A stretch of DNA of 63,572 bases, filler included, from Folioceros fuciformis (lineage: Eukaryota), in assembly GCA_049999805.1 (NCBI GenBank). It is 3 parts of 2 records of this genome, joined end to end, with 100 filler letters (N's around TTAATTAATTAA, not from the genome) between each part and the next. Parts side by side here need not be neighbours in the genome. Positions count along the whole stretch, not along the records: positions 1 to 30,926 come from JBNGIO010006236.1; 2 more parts are not named here. One strand, written 5' to 3'. The notes beneath the pieces are model-generated. The model saw nothing but the letters and a program-made list of their open reading frames with translations. It did no database searches and had not been told where the DNA came from. The translations under genes and the position numbers were made by a program. Below are positions 1 to 11,420 of this stretch, one piece after another (the first letter of the stretch is position 1; each line of letters starts with the position of its first letter).

Positions 1-1679
1 GCTTCCGACCGAAGGTCGCTGCTCTTCACATCCCCCAGATGCCTGCCACCGTTATGTCCTCATCGTCGGCGCGTGAGGCACCCATTCCACTTGGTGAGTT
101 CATGCGGCATTTCATTCTTGGGATCTGCAGATGGATAGATAGCGGCTTTCATTCTTTTTTACTCTTCATTATTCTTCATTCATTGATTCATTAGTCAGTC
201 TAGTAGGAAGTGCCATGCCAGGCAGAGAGCGCGAGGCCAGTAGGGTAGGCTACCGGTAAGATAGTTTAGCATGTTACCCATCTGTCAGATGGCAGTGATG
301 GCCTAGGCTATGGCTATGTTATGTAGAAACTGTTGCTTCAGACATTACTGGCACCAATGCCGACTTACAAGCCAGAAATCGGTGATCGTTAAGCTTGAAC
401 ACGCTTCTCGAGCTCCTCCCACTGCTCGGTCTCCTCCCGAGTCTGTGCAAATGTTCCCCATTTCGGATGGTCTTCCCTGCCGCAATGGCCTGCATTTCTT
501 CCCCTCTACCGCCACGCCGGAACATTTCGATGCTGCAGCAAGGGCGGCCTCGTTGCTCCTGCTGCCAGACCCTGTCGGATTCTACGACACACCCGTGAAG
601 GGCGAGTTCCTTGCCAGAGGAGCGGAGGCGGCGTCGCCTCCAGCCGCCTCAACCCCAGCCCTCTCTGCTGTGTTCGCGCTGAAAAATAGTGTTTATGTTT
701 TGTGAGCAGAGGACGGATTCGGTTGGTGCTGGAAACATTCTGCACGGCCTCGGCAAGGATGTATGTATCTGTATTCGGCGCTGGACGAATCTATGCTGAG
801 CAAGTACGTAGAACACGGACCACGTGCAGATGTGGGACGAGCGGCTTCTGGTTTCCCGGCCTATCGGGTACTTGCTGTAGGGGGACACAATTGTTTGTGG
901 AGACTGGCCGTTGCCTTGGCAGGAGAGGTGCGAAGTCGGGGGTCTCGAGGAGTTTGCATGTATGTAAGGGGATAGTGGAACCTGTAAGAGACTGCAACGG
1001 TTGCTGGTTTTGTCCGAAAACGTTCACGCTACAATGTCCTATGACAGATGCGCAGGACACCAGCTACGGCACGTTGTGGGCCCCTGACTGCGACTACTTG
1101 CGGCTGAAGGCAGCTGCTACCGGTTGCTGTCATCCGACCTTGTTTTCTGGACAGGTGGTCGCCGATGCCATTGCGTCTCATCACCCTTCACCGTCATCGC
1201 TGGCTCCCAGCATTGCGTCTAATTCTGCATCTTATCCCTCCCTTCAGCATCACCAAACCCAGCTTCCCAACATTCCCTCTGAAAGTCGTGCTAACTTCGT
1301 TCATTGATACCTGTCGTTCGTCTATTGTTCGGGTGAGATGGATCCGTCGAACCCACGAGCTCCACGCTTCATACCTCGTTCCTGGCAGTAGCCAAACAGG
1401 TTGGGCTGCCGCGTTCAACGTAGGCTTACGAGAGGAGAAGCTCGTTGCGGACTCGTATCACACCTCCCGAGTCCCGACTCGGACTACTGAACCGATGCCG
1501 GGGCTTCAGCCACGACACAGTTACCACTGCCCCATTTTCGTCGATATTGAAATTTTAGGCTTTCAGGTCTTCAAATGTTAACACACCGAAGAGAGCTTGG
1601 ACTTGCCCACGATCCACTTTCGTAAAGACGTTAGACCTTAGACATGATTGCGGATTTGTCAGGTTCCGCTACATAATCT

Positions 1680-3207
1680 TCAAGACCCCCGCTTGAAGTA
1701 GAGGATACTTTCTTGTTCCAAACCACAAACGATATCCTGCATGAAGAGCACAGGCGCCCGTCAGTAAGAATCTCACCGAGTATAGTGCCAAACCCTGAAA
1801 AGGGCGAGGCACAATCTGAAACGAGTGATAACGGTGAACTCACAGTGCCAGTTTCCGTATCCATGTCAAAACAGTTGATTGCAGATGGCTCAGCTAGCAA
1901 CTCTAAGGCCTCTCCTGCTTTAGAAAGGAGCACCGCGCATGTATCAATAGTGTGATGAGCAGTGAGAGTGCAAGTCTTGCCATTGTACAGCAGGGAGAAA
2001 CAAGTGCTTACCACCATCAAGAACCGCGAGCACACCATCTTCTGAGCACATCATAACCGGAGACACCTTCCCAGCATCTATTCCTCTTCCACGTGCTAAC
2101 GGCCACAGGTCATACTTCACTTGCCAAACCTCACTCTCTGAAACCTGTGCCGCTTGTCCTTCGCCCTTTGCTAACGACCCCGCCAGAACCACGGGGGCTT
2201 GTTGCCAGCGGAGATCCCATGCCAACACAGAGCCGCCAGAGCCTCCTACCTTCGTTCATGTTCAAGCTACGGCATCGGGTGAGAAAGAAAACCAGAAACA
2301 AACGACGAATAGCAATGCAGATGAGCGACAGAAGGCACTCCTGTATGCAAGGCAGGCCGAGCTCTTACCACACAAACATGCTTTCTCGAAGGGTGCACGT
2401 CAATGGAATGGATATAGCCAGTGCCATCCGCACCTGCCCTAAAACTCACAGCACAAGCGGGGACTGTCTGCATGAAGTTCATTCACCCCACAAGGCAAAC
2501 ATAGACACCAACAGGTTTCCCCACCAAGCGGACGCGAGCCTCACTCACCATTTAGGAGGCGACTGCGACACAGCCCCGCCGGGACTGCGACGGTCCCACC
2601 ACCGCAGAACGGATCCGAGCCCAGCAGTTACAAACTCCACCGGTGACGCCCAGCACACCGCGCTGTGAGACAAGATGCCGTGACCCTCAGCTAGACGCTT
2701 GGACTGCAGCTGCCCCTGCGCCATGGTCACAACATTGATCCTGCCGTCCTCCCCAACGCAAACGGTCTCGTATGAGCTCGCCTCCACATCCAGCTCTGTG
2801 ACGGGTCCCCTGTGCAACCCCTTGGACACCAGAGGAGAGGCGCGCGGGGACGGACTCTCCCGCTCCGTGACCAGCAGCGACAGCGCCCCCTCTTCCGACC
2901 CGTGCACCAGCAGAGCGCGAGCAGAGGGAATTTGCACGGTCTTCAAGGCCGTAATGCGCGCCCTCTGCGGCCATGACGCCCTGCTCTCGAGGAACACGGA
3001 CCCGGCTCTCGTTTTTCCCTCCTCCTCTTCCTCCTCCGGCACCTCCTCTTCCCGATATTGCAGCGCACTAATCTCCAGCTGCGACGAGCCCTTGTCCGGA
3101 TCCCACAGCGCGGCCACCAGCATCTGCTCTTGGTTCCAATGCAGATCCGGCGACAGCCACTTCACGGCGTCCACACAACGGCCTTGCGGGAGCCTCCACA
3201 CCTCCAT
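1680..3207 (-). CDS. NUP43: Nuclear pore WD40 protein Nup43 (5 exons; exon 1 2549-3207, last exon ~1680-1736)
   Basis: Joined peptides VDAVKWL...CVGEDGRINVV...WASPVEFVTAG, IHSIDVHPSRKH, AWDLRWQQAP...SESEVWQVKYD...MCSEDGVL, ELLAEPSAINCFD, DIVCGLEQESI follow plant NUP43 in order, separated by GT-AG introns. Confidence 0.9.
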
Positions 3208-3255
3208 AGCCCGCAGCTCCCGCCAATATTCAAGATGCTCCTTACTTTGAGCCCT

Positions 3256-3275
3256 AGGGTTTTATAAAATTTATG
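3256..3275. promoter_or_regulatory. Telo-box (TAGGGTTT) and TATA-like element upstream of NUP43
   Basis: tagggttttataaaatttat about 50-65 nt upstream of the NUP43 ATG, in the 560-bp divergent NUP43/WOX spacer. Confidence 0.4.
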
Positions 3276-3766
3276 ATATGCTCGCCTACAGTTTACTTTT
3301 TTTCCTTCGCCGAGTGACGAGAAAGAAAGGAAGAAGAAAGCGAGCTCTGCTCTGCCGCGATCTCGGCCGAACTGGCTGTTGAAAAACTCGTTGCACCACG
3401 TCACTCAAATTTCGGCTCTTCGCGCATTCCCGCGGTCGCGATGAAGGATGTGATTACTTCGGGGCTGGTCTATCAGGCGGTGCTTTGCGCTATGTTTGTG
3501 GCCTTGGTTGTGCTCTGCTTTGCGGTTCCTCGTTCTGGTGCACGGATGCAGCCACATTTTGGAATCTGGTAAGGCTCTTTGTCGTGACTTGCCGCTGATG
3601 TCGGTCTGATAAGACCTTTCAATGCGAGAGGTGGATGGTTGTGTTTGAGCGTGAGGGGGTGGGTACTCACTGCCTGCATTGTCGTCCGTGGCTCCTAGTC
3701 CGCCGTCAATGAGATATCCGGCCTGACAGCACCTGAAGAATTCCTGGAGCGAATGTAACGAGGAGG

Positions 3767-4393
3767 ATGGATGGTGATGGCCAGTCCAACGTGATGGAAC
3801 GTGGAGCACCTGTATGTGCCTGGGAGAGTCTGGAAACTGGCGGCGACGGACACAATCTTCCCGAGCCCGGCTGTGCAGCTGCGCATTTGCAGGCCATGAG
3901 GGACGATCAGTTGGAGGTGCTACGTCGGCAGATTTCAGTTTATACGATAATCACTCGCCAGTTAACGGAAATGCTCATGGCTGACCAGAGGCAGGTTCCT
4001 TACACCTCGCACCACATGTCCTTCGACTCCGGGCTCAGCCGCTCTCCGGGCAGGGTGAACACTAGGCAGCGGTGGACTCCCAGCATCAAGCAGCTTGAGA
4101 TCTTAGAGCGGTTATATGTCAAAGGAGATGGTGCGAAAATGGACAAGCACAGGATCAAGGAAATCACCGCCGAACTGAGCGCGCACGGAGCCATTCAAGA
4201 TACCAATGTCTACAACTGGTTTCAGAACCGGAAAGCCAGAGCCAAGAGAAAGCAAGCCCGAGCACAGGATCCGTCTCAAGCGGACGGGGTACAGGGGTTA
4301 GATCCTGAGCATTTAATCGATGCTGGCTCCAAGAAGCCACGGATGGATGTAGAAGGCAGTGTCCTTATTAATGTCGACGTGGTTGCCGGTTAA
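3767..4393 (+). CDS. WOX13: WUSCHEL-related homeobox protein, ancient WOX13 clade, single exon
   Basis: WOX13-type N-terminal motif (QLEVLRRQISVYTIITRQLTEM) and homeodomain RQRWTP...NVYNWFQNRKARAKRKQ in one 208-aa ORF. Confidence 0.9.
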   Translation: MDGDGQSNVMERGAPVCAWESLETGGDGHNLPEPGCAAAHLQAMRDDQLEVLRRQISVYTIITRQLTEMLMADQRQVPYTSHHMSFDSGLSRSPGRVNTRQRWTPSIKQLEILERLYVKGDGAKMDKHRIKEITAELSAHGAIQDTNVYNWFQNRKARAKRKQARAQDPSQADGVQGLDPEHLIDAGSKKPRMDVEGSVLINVDVVAG

Positions 4394-4955
4394 GTCTTCG
4401 CGGGCAACGTGTTCTCCTGTAGCCAGTTTTTCGCATGCTTGTAATTCTCAACTTCGGTCTTCATCGAACGCGTGGTCTCTTTCCTTATTTGCGCGTTTGA
4501 CGACGAGTGTTGGAATGCCGTGGAATGCCGTCTGGTTCACGGAGCAGCTCCCAATTGCCGATTCGGAGAAGCTTCCCTTCCAGCCTTAAGCTTCACTGGC
4601 CCCTACGGGGACTGGATGTTTGTAAGAAGACTGGGCTTTGTTGAAGGCAGTTTCATCAGGTAATGTGCCGGCACGTGCCACGGTGACCTGTCCTTGTTGC
4701 GAAGAGCAGGAACCGGAGCCACCCGGCCGTCCTGATGAAACTTGCTGATTTTTTCTGCCTTCTGTCTATAGTAATTGGTTCACGATTAGGCATTTCCATG
4801 ATAAGCCAACCGGGGGCCGGGCCCAACCTGGCCAGAATAGACAAAGGTCCCTTCTGGTCGAAGGACCGGACTGCGCAGCTGTGGACGCAGCCGCTGACAG
4901 ACCCATCTTTCCAGCTACGGGGGTCGCTCTGCACTTGGGCTCTCTCTCTCCCGCC

Positions 4956-5690
4956 ATGACCCAGGTGCCCTCTCCCACTCTTTGAATCGCTGCGTTTGCT
5001 CCTGATCTTAGCCTGCTCCCTTGCCGGTTTCTGTTGCAGGTTCGGAGTTTCAGAGCCCTCAGGCGAGTCGGGCAGCTGCAGTCTTTTGATTACTTGAGCT
5101 GCTGTCAGATTGTTTGGCAAACTGCGCTCCTCGCATACCAATTTCTGTCTGCATACCCGGATCTCCTGATAGCACGGATTTGCAGGGTTGCCGGTGCGGG
5201 CCATCTGGGGACAAGCTTGTTCTGCGTGGTTTGAAGTTTCACGGATTCCATGGAGTCTACGAGGAAGAACGGAAGCTGGGCCAAAAGTTTGTGGTTGATG
5301 TAGATGCCTGGCTCGATCTGAGCAAGGCCGGTGAGACAGATTCTCTGGCTCATTCAGTCAGTTATGCGGAGCTGTACAGGTATTTCTTCATTCTTCTTCC
5401 TGTTTTCTGCTCTCCCTTCTCGTTCACCACCTTTTCGTGTTCCCGATGTCGGTTCCTACTGCTTTGGCAATTGCAGGATTATCAGGGCAATCGTGGAGGG
5501 CCCGCCCTTCCTATTACTTGAGAGAGTGGCAAGCAGCATTGCCTCACAGATTTTTGTAAATTATCCGACCATCACTGATGTGCGTGTGAAGATCGGCAAG
5601 CCGCATGTTGCAGTCGAAGGTGCGGTTGACTACTTGGGGGTGGAAATCTTGAGGACTCGACCTGGCGAAATAGAGGCGTTACAGGTATAG
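4956..5690 (+). CDS. FOLB: Dihydroneopterin aldolase (start uncertain; firm exons ~5186-5379 and 5477-5690)
   Basis: GDKLVLRGLKFHGFHGVYEEERKLGQKFVVDVD...SVSYAELYR | IIRAIVEGPPFLLLERVA...KIGKPHVAVEGAVDYLGVEI; GT-AG intron 5380-5476. Confidence 0.92.
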
Positions 5691-5764
5691 AAGGCTAGCG
5701 TTCTTACATCCTCTTACTGCCCTGCTTGGCAGGGATTGAAGGTATTGAGGGCAGGAAAGCACAA

Positions 5765-6175
5765 ATGGCCCTGTCCTTGAAAAAGCAGCTGCAATTGCTC
5801 GTAACCTACTTCCTTCTCACAGCCATTGAGGTGCCGTGTGTGGAGGGCACATGGCCTTTCAGGAACGAAAGGTGCATCTACACGAGCAAGGGGCAATGTG
5901 AAGCAGCTGCAGGTGGTAGGGTGTGTGCATGGTGTGACCGGCCAAAGGGATGCTACCCCCTCAGTCTTGCGGGTGGGCTGGTGGACTTCTGTGCCATGGC
6001 CCCTCTTCGACGTCCAACTGAGGCACTAGACTGTGAGGACATAGCATCCAGGGATAAATGCAAGTCCTTTGATCGCTGTAAATGGTGCACCAGTCTTGTG
6101 GTTCATGATGCATGTTTCAGTGTGATAGAGGCTAGGCGGCTTCCTGTTCAGGTCTTCGACTGCAAATCAAATTAG
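5765..6175 (+). CDS. Small secreted Cys-rich protein with two 6-Cys CxWC modules, single exon
   Basis: ATG 5765, hydrophobic signal-like N-terminus (LQLLVTYFLLTAIEVPCVEG), repeated C..C..CxWC..C..C; C-terminal CKWCTSLVVHDACFSVIEARRLPVQVFDC resembles an uncharacterised conserved plant family (recalled, not searched). Confidence 0.75.
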   Translation: MALSLKKQLQLLVTYFLLTAIEVPCVEGTWPFRNERCIYTSKGQCEAAAGGRVCAWCDRPKGCYPLSLAGGLVDFCAMAPLRRPTEALDCEDIASRDKCKSFDRCKWCTSLVVHDACFSVIEARRLPVQVFDCKSN

Positions 6176-6959
6176 CTTTCGTATTGTCACTGGTTCACAA
6201 TCCAGCTCTGAGACTGGTCTAAATGGCAGCACTACACCACACACAAGTCCTACTTTACAGAGGAGTCGTTTTTGTTACATGGACAATACATGTGTATACA
6301 AGGTAGTCCGCGTATCTTTCATGTCTAACTACGCAGGGAAGGTAAGGTTGTTGTACACTGTGTACTCGCTGTCCACGGTTACTGTACCAGGTCGGAACTT
6401 CGAACCGCGTTCCACCTTCCGACCAGTGCGTGCTGTATCCTAAAAGCATCGCTGTTTCCAGGTGCGGGCGAGTGGACAACCTGATGAGTGGTTCAGGGTT
6501 CAAGATCCAAACACCGCGTCGAGCTGGAGGGTTTCTAAGCTAGTATGCCGCGTTTCCATAACGCAGCCCAGCGCACCCGCGTCGCATTCTGATGGTCCGG
6601 TAAAGAGATTCGCGAGCGGGCGTGGAGTTCGCGGCTTGTTGATGTAGCTGAGAGCTTCAGTGGCAGCATTATGCGACGAAGGGGATGGATTTGACAGGAA
6701 GTCTGTGCATCCGCAGGGTTTGGCGCATTCTAACGCTTCCAGTTCTGGCTGGCCTCAGATCGGGTGCGAATCGCAAATGAAAAATGTTCGGATGGCAGTA
6801 GGCGAAGCTTCAAGAGGGAGCGACGAGTCCCAGACCCTCCTCTGGTTTTGTCTTACACTTAGCAGATCGCGGTGTGAAGAGGGAAGAAGCTGACGGAGAG
6901 GAGATCCCGAGACCATCAAGGACTCAAGGTTGGGAATTTGGAGCTGCAGATGGTGGAAC

Positions 6960-8264
6960 ATGGGAGTTGAGAGCGCGGCCGAGGAGCGGCCTAGACCTAA
7001 GAAGGGAAAAGCTGCGATTCTGAGCATCCAAGTGAAGCAGGAGGAGCGTTTGGTGAACAGAGTGTATAACCTGTACATCTATGTGCTAAGGCTCCCCATG
7101 CCCGTTTTCTTCCTTTGCCTTCTGAGTACTCCTCTACTGCTCAGTCTTTTCTTCACCTGCCTCTACCTTTTAGACGCAGACGGCTTGCATGTCATACATG
7201 ATGACGACTGGACGAGCAGCACCTTCTTTGACTGGATGGATCACGCGGCGGGGGAGTTCCTTTTCAAGATTTTCATGTTCAGCCTCTCCATGTCGACAAC
7301 ATTCAACGGGACAAGAGTGGAAGCTCGGTCACCTTACTCCCTCCTCGTGGCCAATATCAACACACTGACGGCCCAGCTTATATTCGTGTTCCTCAGTGGA
7401 GCAGGTAAGTTGGATTGCGTTGCTCCGGAGAAAACGAAACCGTGGTTGCCCATGGGGTTGCCAAAGTTTGTGCTTAACTGTGACATCTGTCTGCAGTGTT
7501 CCACAGGCTCTCACAACCAGCACAACCTGTGGTATGGTCAAATGTTGCGTTGATCGGGGATGACAACAGTGCAGAAGCCTTTGCATTGAAAAGTCCTCCG
7601 ACAACTAAAGACAGGTAACATGGCATGCTCTTTTCCAGACGCGGCGTTGCTGGATGTAATGACGGACACAGATCACACGTGGAGCGGTTCTCTCATTGTA
7701 GGTGCTTCTATGTCCAGGGCTTTTCTTACGAGACTGAATATAACAGGCTCCCAATCGTTGGTTTTGGTTGACGCCAAATTCAGCCTGGTATTCAGGCAGC
7801 TGGTGAAAACTCCTGAGACCGAATCTCCATTTCTAAGTACCTTTGACCTTCCACTTGTTCGCTCAGAAGAGGCCTATCTCAAGTATGCTTTCCTCATTCG
7901 GCATGTCATTAATGAGAAGAGTCCTCTCTACGGTTTCTGTGATTACCAGGTATTTCTTCTGAGACCCCCTTCCGTTGTCATGTGAGCATGTGAAGCTATG
8001 CTTGTCTGTATTGCATTCAGCAGTCTCTGAACCATTGCTATTGTGCAGAGTTTGTTAGATGCAGATGCCTCCTTCACCGTCACTGTCTCGGCAACTGAAC
8101 GGTCATCCATGCAGCCTATTTTCAGTGAACGCCTGTACTGCATTTACGACAAGGAGGTCCTTTGGGATCGGGAGTTTGAGGATCAGTGGGTTCTGAACGA
8201 GACAGGAGATAAGGTCTTGGATCACAGGAAGTTAAGCAAGTTGAAGAAAAAGAAAGTTGCGTAA
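6960..8264 (+). CDS. Inward-rectifier (Kir/KirBac, IRK family)-like ion channel; exons 6960-7404, 7497-7614, 7718-7949, 8049-8264 (336 aa; start may lie further upstream)
   Basis: Slide helix/TM1 NLYIYVLRLPMPVFFLCL...LYL, pore FMFSLSMSTTFNG, TM2 ending SGAVFHRLSQP, cytoplasmic motifs DLPLVR, HVINEKSPLYG, EVLWDREFED; canonical splice sites give a stop-free 1011-nt frame. Confidence 0.82.
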
Positions 8265-8985
8265 CCAAGTCCATACATACCGTACTGTAGTAGGATAGTC
8301 GAAAACTAAGGACCGACCATACCAGTTAATGTAATACATTCGGTCCTCTCCTCCGTCTTGGTCACTGCGAGGCGGAAGAAGGGGAAGCATTAAGACACGG
8401 TTTCACACCATCCCCGACAACTGGTGACGAACTTTCTGTTGTGTCCCAACGTGCCTGAAAAGTCTCCCTGTGGGAGACCCTCGTGTACATACATATTTGC
8501 CATTAGAGAGCTAACCCAACAGGCAGAATCTTTCAGAGTACGGGGAAGTCTGGTAGGCTGTAGTCTCGCTCTTCGTTGAAGACAAACGGGTTACTTTTTT
8601 ATCAATGTTCCAGATCAAACTGAGAAGGGAGTGTGCCAGCACGTTCCCGTACAGAACGCGCTCTAGTTCAAACCCTGGGTCAGTTGAGTTGTCTATGTAT
8701 GTACATAACTGCATTTTCGTTGACGTTTAGCTGTTAAAGCTCTTGCAAAGACGACGAAACACGGCTCCGGAGCTTCCGTGGACGCGCGTATGAGGCGCGT
8801 GTGATTCGGCCGCCATGTCATGGTGTGGACCATTCCACATAGCACAATTTCTTGCTCCAGAGGTTTAGGGGGCTCATCAGGCAGTCGATGCGATCACCAG
8901 AACTGTTGAGTTGGTGCTTTCCTTCCAATTCCAATTGTGGAGCTTGCCTGCCTTGAGAAGTTGAGATTGCTGTCCACTACAAGCC

Positions 8986-9712
8986 ATGGCCATGGCTATG
9001 GCTCGGGCGTCAGCTGGTGCTAGTACACTTGCGGGCTGCCCCTGCTCGAGTGGTCTTCACGATCGCTCCCATGTGCCGCAATTCTGCACATCTAAAGTTT
9101 GTGTCCAAGGCCCCGTAGGATGGAAAAGGGGGCAGGTTCACGCGTTGATTGCTCAGCCATCAGACAGCACGTCAGACAACGTTGGGGATTTTGTGAAGCG
9201 CATGGAGCAAGCCTGGCTGATCTCCAAGGTATGTCTGGACGGGGATGTGCAAGCCCTATGTACGGATTTTGTTAGATTTTGGGACGTGCACTTGGCCTGA
9301 GGACATGTCCTTGTGGTGTCTCCTAATTTGGCAACATACCCTGGGTCCCATTGCAGCAACCGAGGCCAGTGCAATGTGTCTCATGTGAAGCCAGTGGACA
9401 AGCTGAATGTGCCTGGTGCAAGGGAACCGGATTTTTCACGCTTGGTGACAACATGTTGTGTGAAGTGCCTTCTCGTAATACGAGCTGTCGGGTTTGCTTG
9501 GGTCAGGTGAGATATGGTGTTCATTTCGTGACCCCTGCAAATGCCTGCCTTTGTTCGGACTCAGGTTCTGTGACACTTTGTGCTGATACCGTTCTTTTGT
9601 TTGAGATGGATGGCAGGGTACCCTTCCGTGTGATGATTGCAAAGGAACTGGCTATAGAGCAAGATGGTTGGGTGATCCGTCCAGGAAACCTTACTCCGAA
9701 AACGGCCCCTGA
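8986..9712 (+). CDS. Plastid-type DnaJ zinc-finger (CxxCxGxG) protein, Tsip1/At2g24860-like; 3 exons
   Basis: DFVKRMEQAWLISK|QPRPVQCVSCEASGQAECAWCKGTGFFTLGDNMLCEVPSRNTSCRVCLGQ|GTLPCDDCKGTGYRARWL; transit-peptide-like N-terminus. Confidence 0.88.
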
Positions 9713-11050
9713 TCTTATGGATCATTTAGGGCAAGAGCTTGTCCTCCTCTCAACTTTTTTTCTTTCCTTTCGGCTGCCTGCCAAATTGACTCGGGAAGTG
9801 GCATACAACATCAGAGAGACCTGGCAGGCCCTGGGAGTTTCGCAGGGGATTTGTTCAACCAGCCCAAAGTGGCTTAGATCTTTTGTCGTTGTATACAGGC
9901 AGAAAAAGAACAGCTACCACAAACCCTTGTTGTGGAGTGCAGCTGTTTGATTCTTTCTTGAGACCTGTTTGCAAAAGCTTCCCATGCCGGATGCAGGGTC
10001 CCATTTCTACCATATGCTGTATTTGCGTTCCATGCCTCAGTAGACTCAGGAGGTGTACCAAGCTTGTTTGAGCTGGCGTGGTTTTTTTGTATTTTGGGTG
10101 TCAGGACCAAGATTGCGTTTTGTCTTCGCTTGCCTGCGTGACAAAATTGACTCACGATTTTCCAACTTGCATGACTCCAACTTGCATGTTCCCTACTTGG
10201 ATGTCTCCTCTCTCATCACCTCTCTCTCTCCATGGGCATAGCGAGTTCTCGTCCTCTCATTTCCCCGGCCCTTCCTTCCCTCTTCCACCCTCGTTATCTT
10301 AGCCTGGGGTATCGATAGCAAAACGCTTCCACAATCGAAACAAGTTTGCAAACAAGGGTCGTCATCAAAACCCTTGCCTGAAGGCTTTACCTAAGGACTG
10401 TCCCTGGGTACGTGCCAGAGTGGAGGTCATGGGTCTTGTGTGTGTGCCGGAGATGTACAAAAGGCGGACACTGAAGATGTCTGCCTAACTGTCTTCTGAG
10501 CGTCCTTATGGTAGCTGTAGTGCGTGCCAGTGGTGCTTGCCCTTCTGGGCAGTTTCGAAAGTGTAGTCCTCGTGTCCCTGGGGGTGTTTTTAAGCCAGCA
10601 GCTGTGCATCCTCCAGCAGTCTGCAGCTTGCCTTCCAGCACCTCAGCGCCACCGTCTCCTTCTCTCCCTGTAGCACCTTGTTTTTCCACGTAGTGTGGAC
10701 CAGGTCATAAGATTTATGTAGCCTCGAGCAGTTTCGCATTTCACCTTCTTGCAAGTAGAAATGCTTTCGATGGCTGGCTCGACTCAAGTTTTCCACGACG
10801 GCGTCTGATGAGTGCGGAAGTGTGAGCATCCCAAGTTCAGGGGAGGGTCGTCTGTGCTCCTCGCACATCTTAGCAACTTGTTTGCCAAGGTCGAGAGCTC
10901 CAGAACAGCGTCCCCTGACTTGAGATGCTCAGGCATCCTCTGTCATCATTTTGATACTCTGCACGAATGAGCTAGACAGACTCTTGGCATCAGCCGTCGG
11001 CTTCCGTTCGACAAGCAACCACGCCATCACTCTGGTGTGCACTTTGCAGA

Positions 11051-11420
11051 TTGCCGTGCTCTCCAGTGTTGCAACGCTTCTCCTTTGCCGTGCTCTACAG
11101 TGTTGCAACGCTTCCCCTTTGCCGTGCTCTCCCGTGTTGCATCACGTCTCCTTCGTCGTGCTCTCCCGACATGCCAGAGATCTCCTTTGCCGTGCTCTGC
11201 CGTCTTGCATTAATCTTCTTCGCGGTGTTCTCCAGTCTTGCAACACTTTTCCTTGCCGTGCTCTCCCGTCTTGCCACACATCTCCTTCGCCGTGCTGCCG
11301 TCTTGCATTAATCTTGAGCGGTGTTCTCCAGTCTTGAAACGCTTTTCAATGCCGGGCCCTCCAGTCTTGCCACACTTTTCCTTGTCGTGCTCTCCAGCCT
11401 TGCGATACTTTCCCTTTGCG
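11051..11420. repeat. Degenerate 33-34-bp tandem minisatellite, about 11 units
   Basis: Unit ttgccgtgctctccagtgttgcaacgcttctcct repeated with divergence at 11051, 11085, 11119, 11153, 11187, 11220, 11253 and onward. Confidence 0.8.

Noticed and set aside
1-1600. Several ORFs (310-705, 702-1307, 1165-1581) and a minus-strand MGNIC... exon-like piece
   Set aside because: No recognisable domain and no consistent splice path; left unassigned
11051-11420. Possible CRISPR-like array
   Set aside because: Contiguous diverged tandem units with no unique spacers, eukaryotic context, no cas genes
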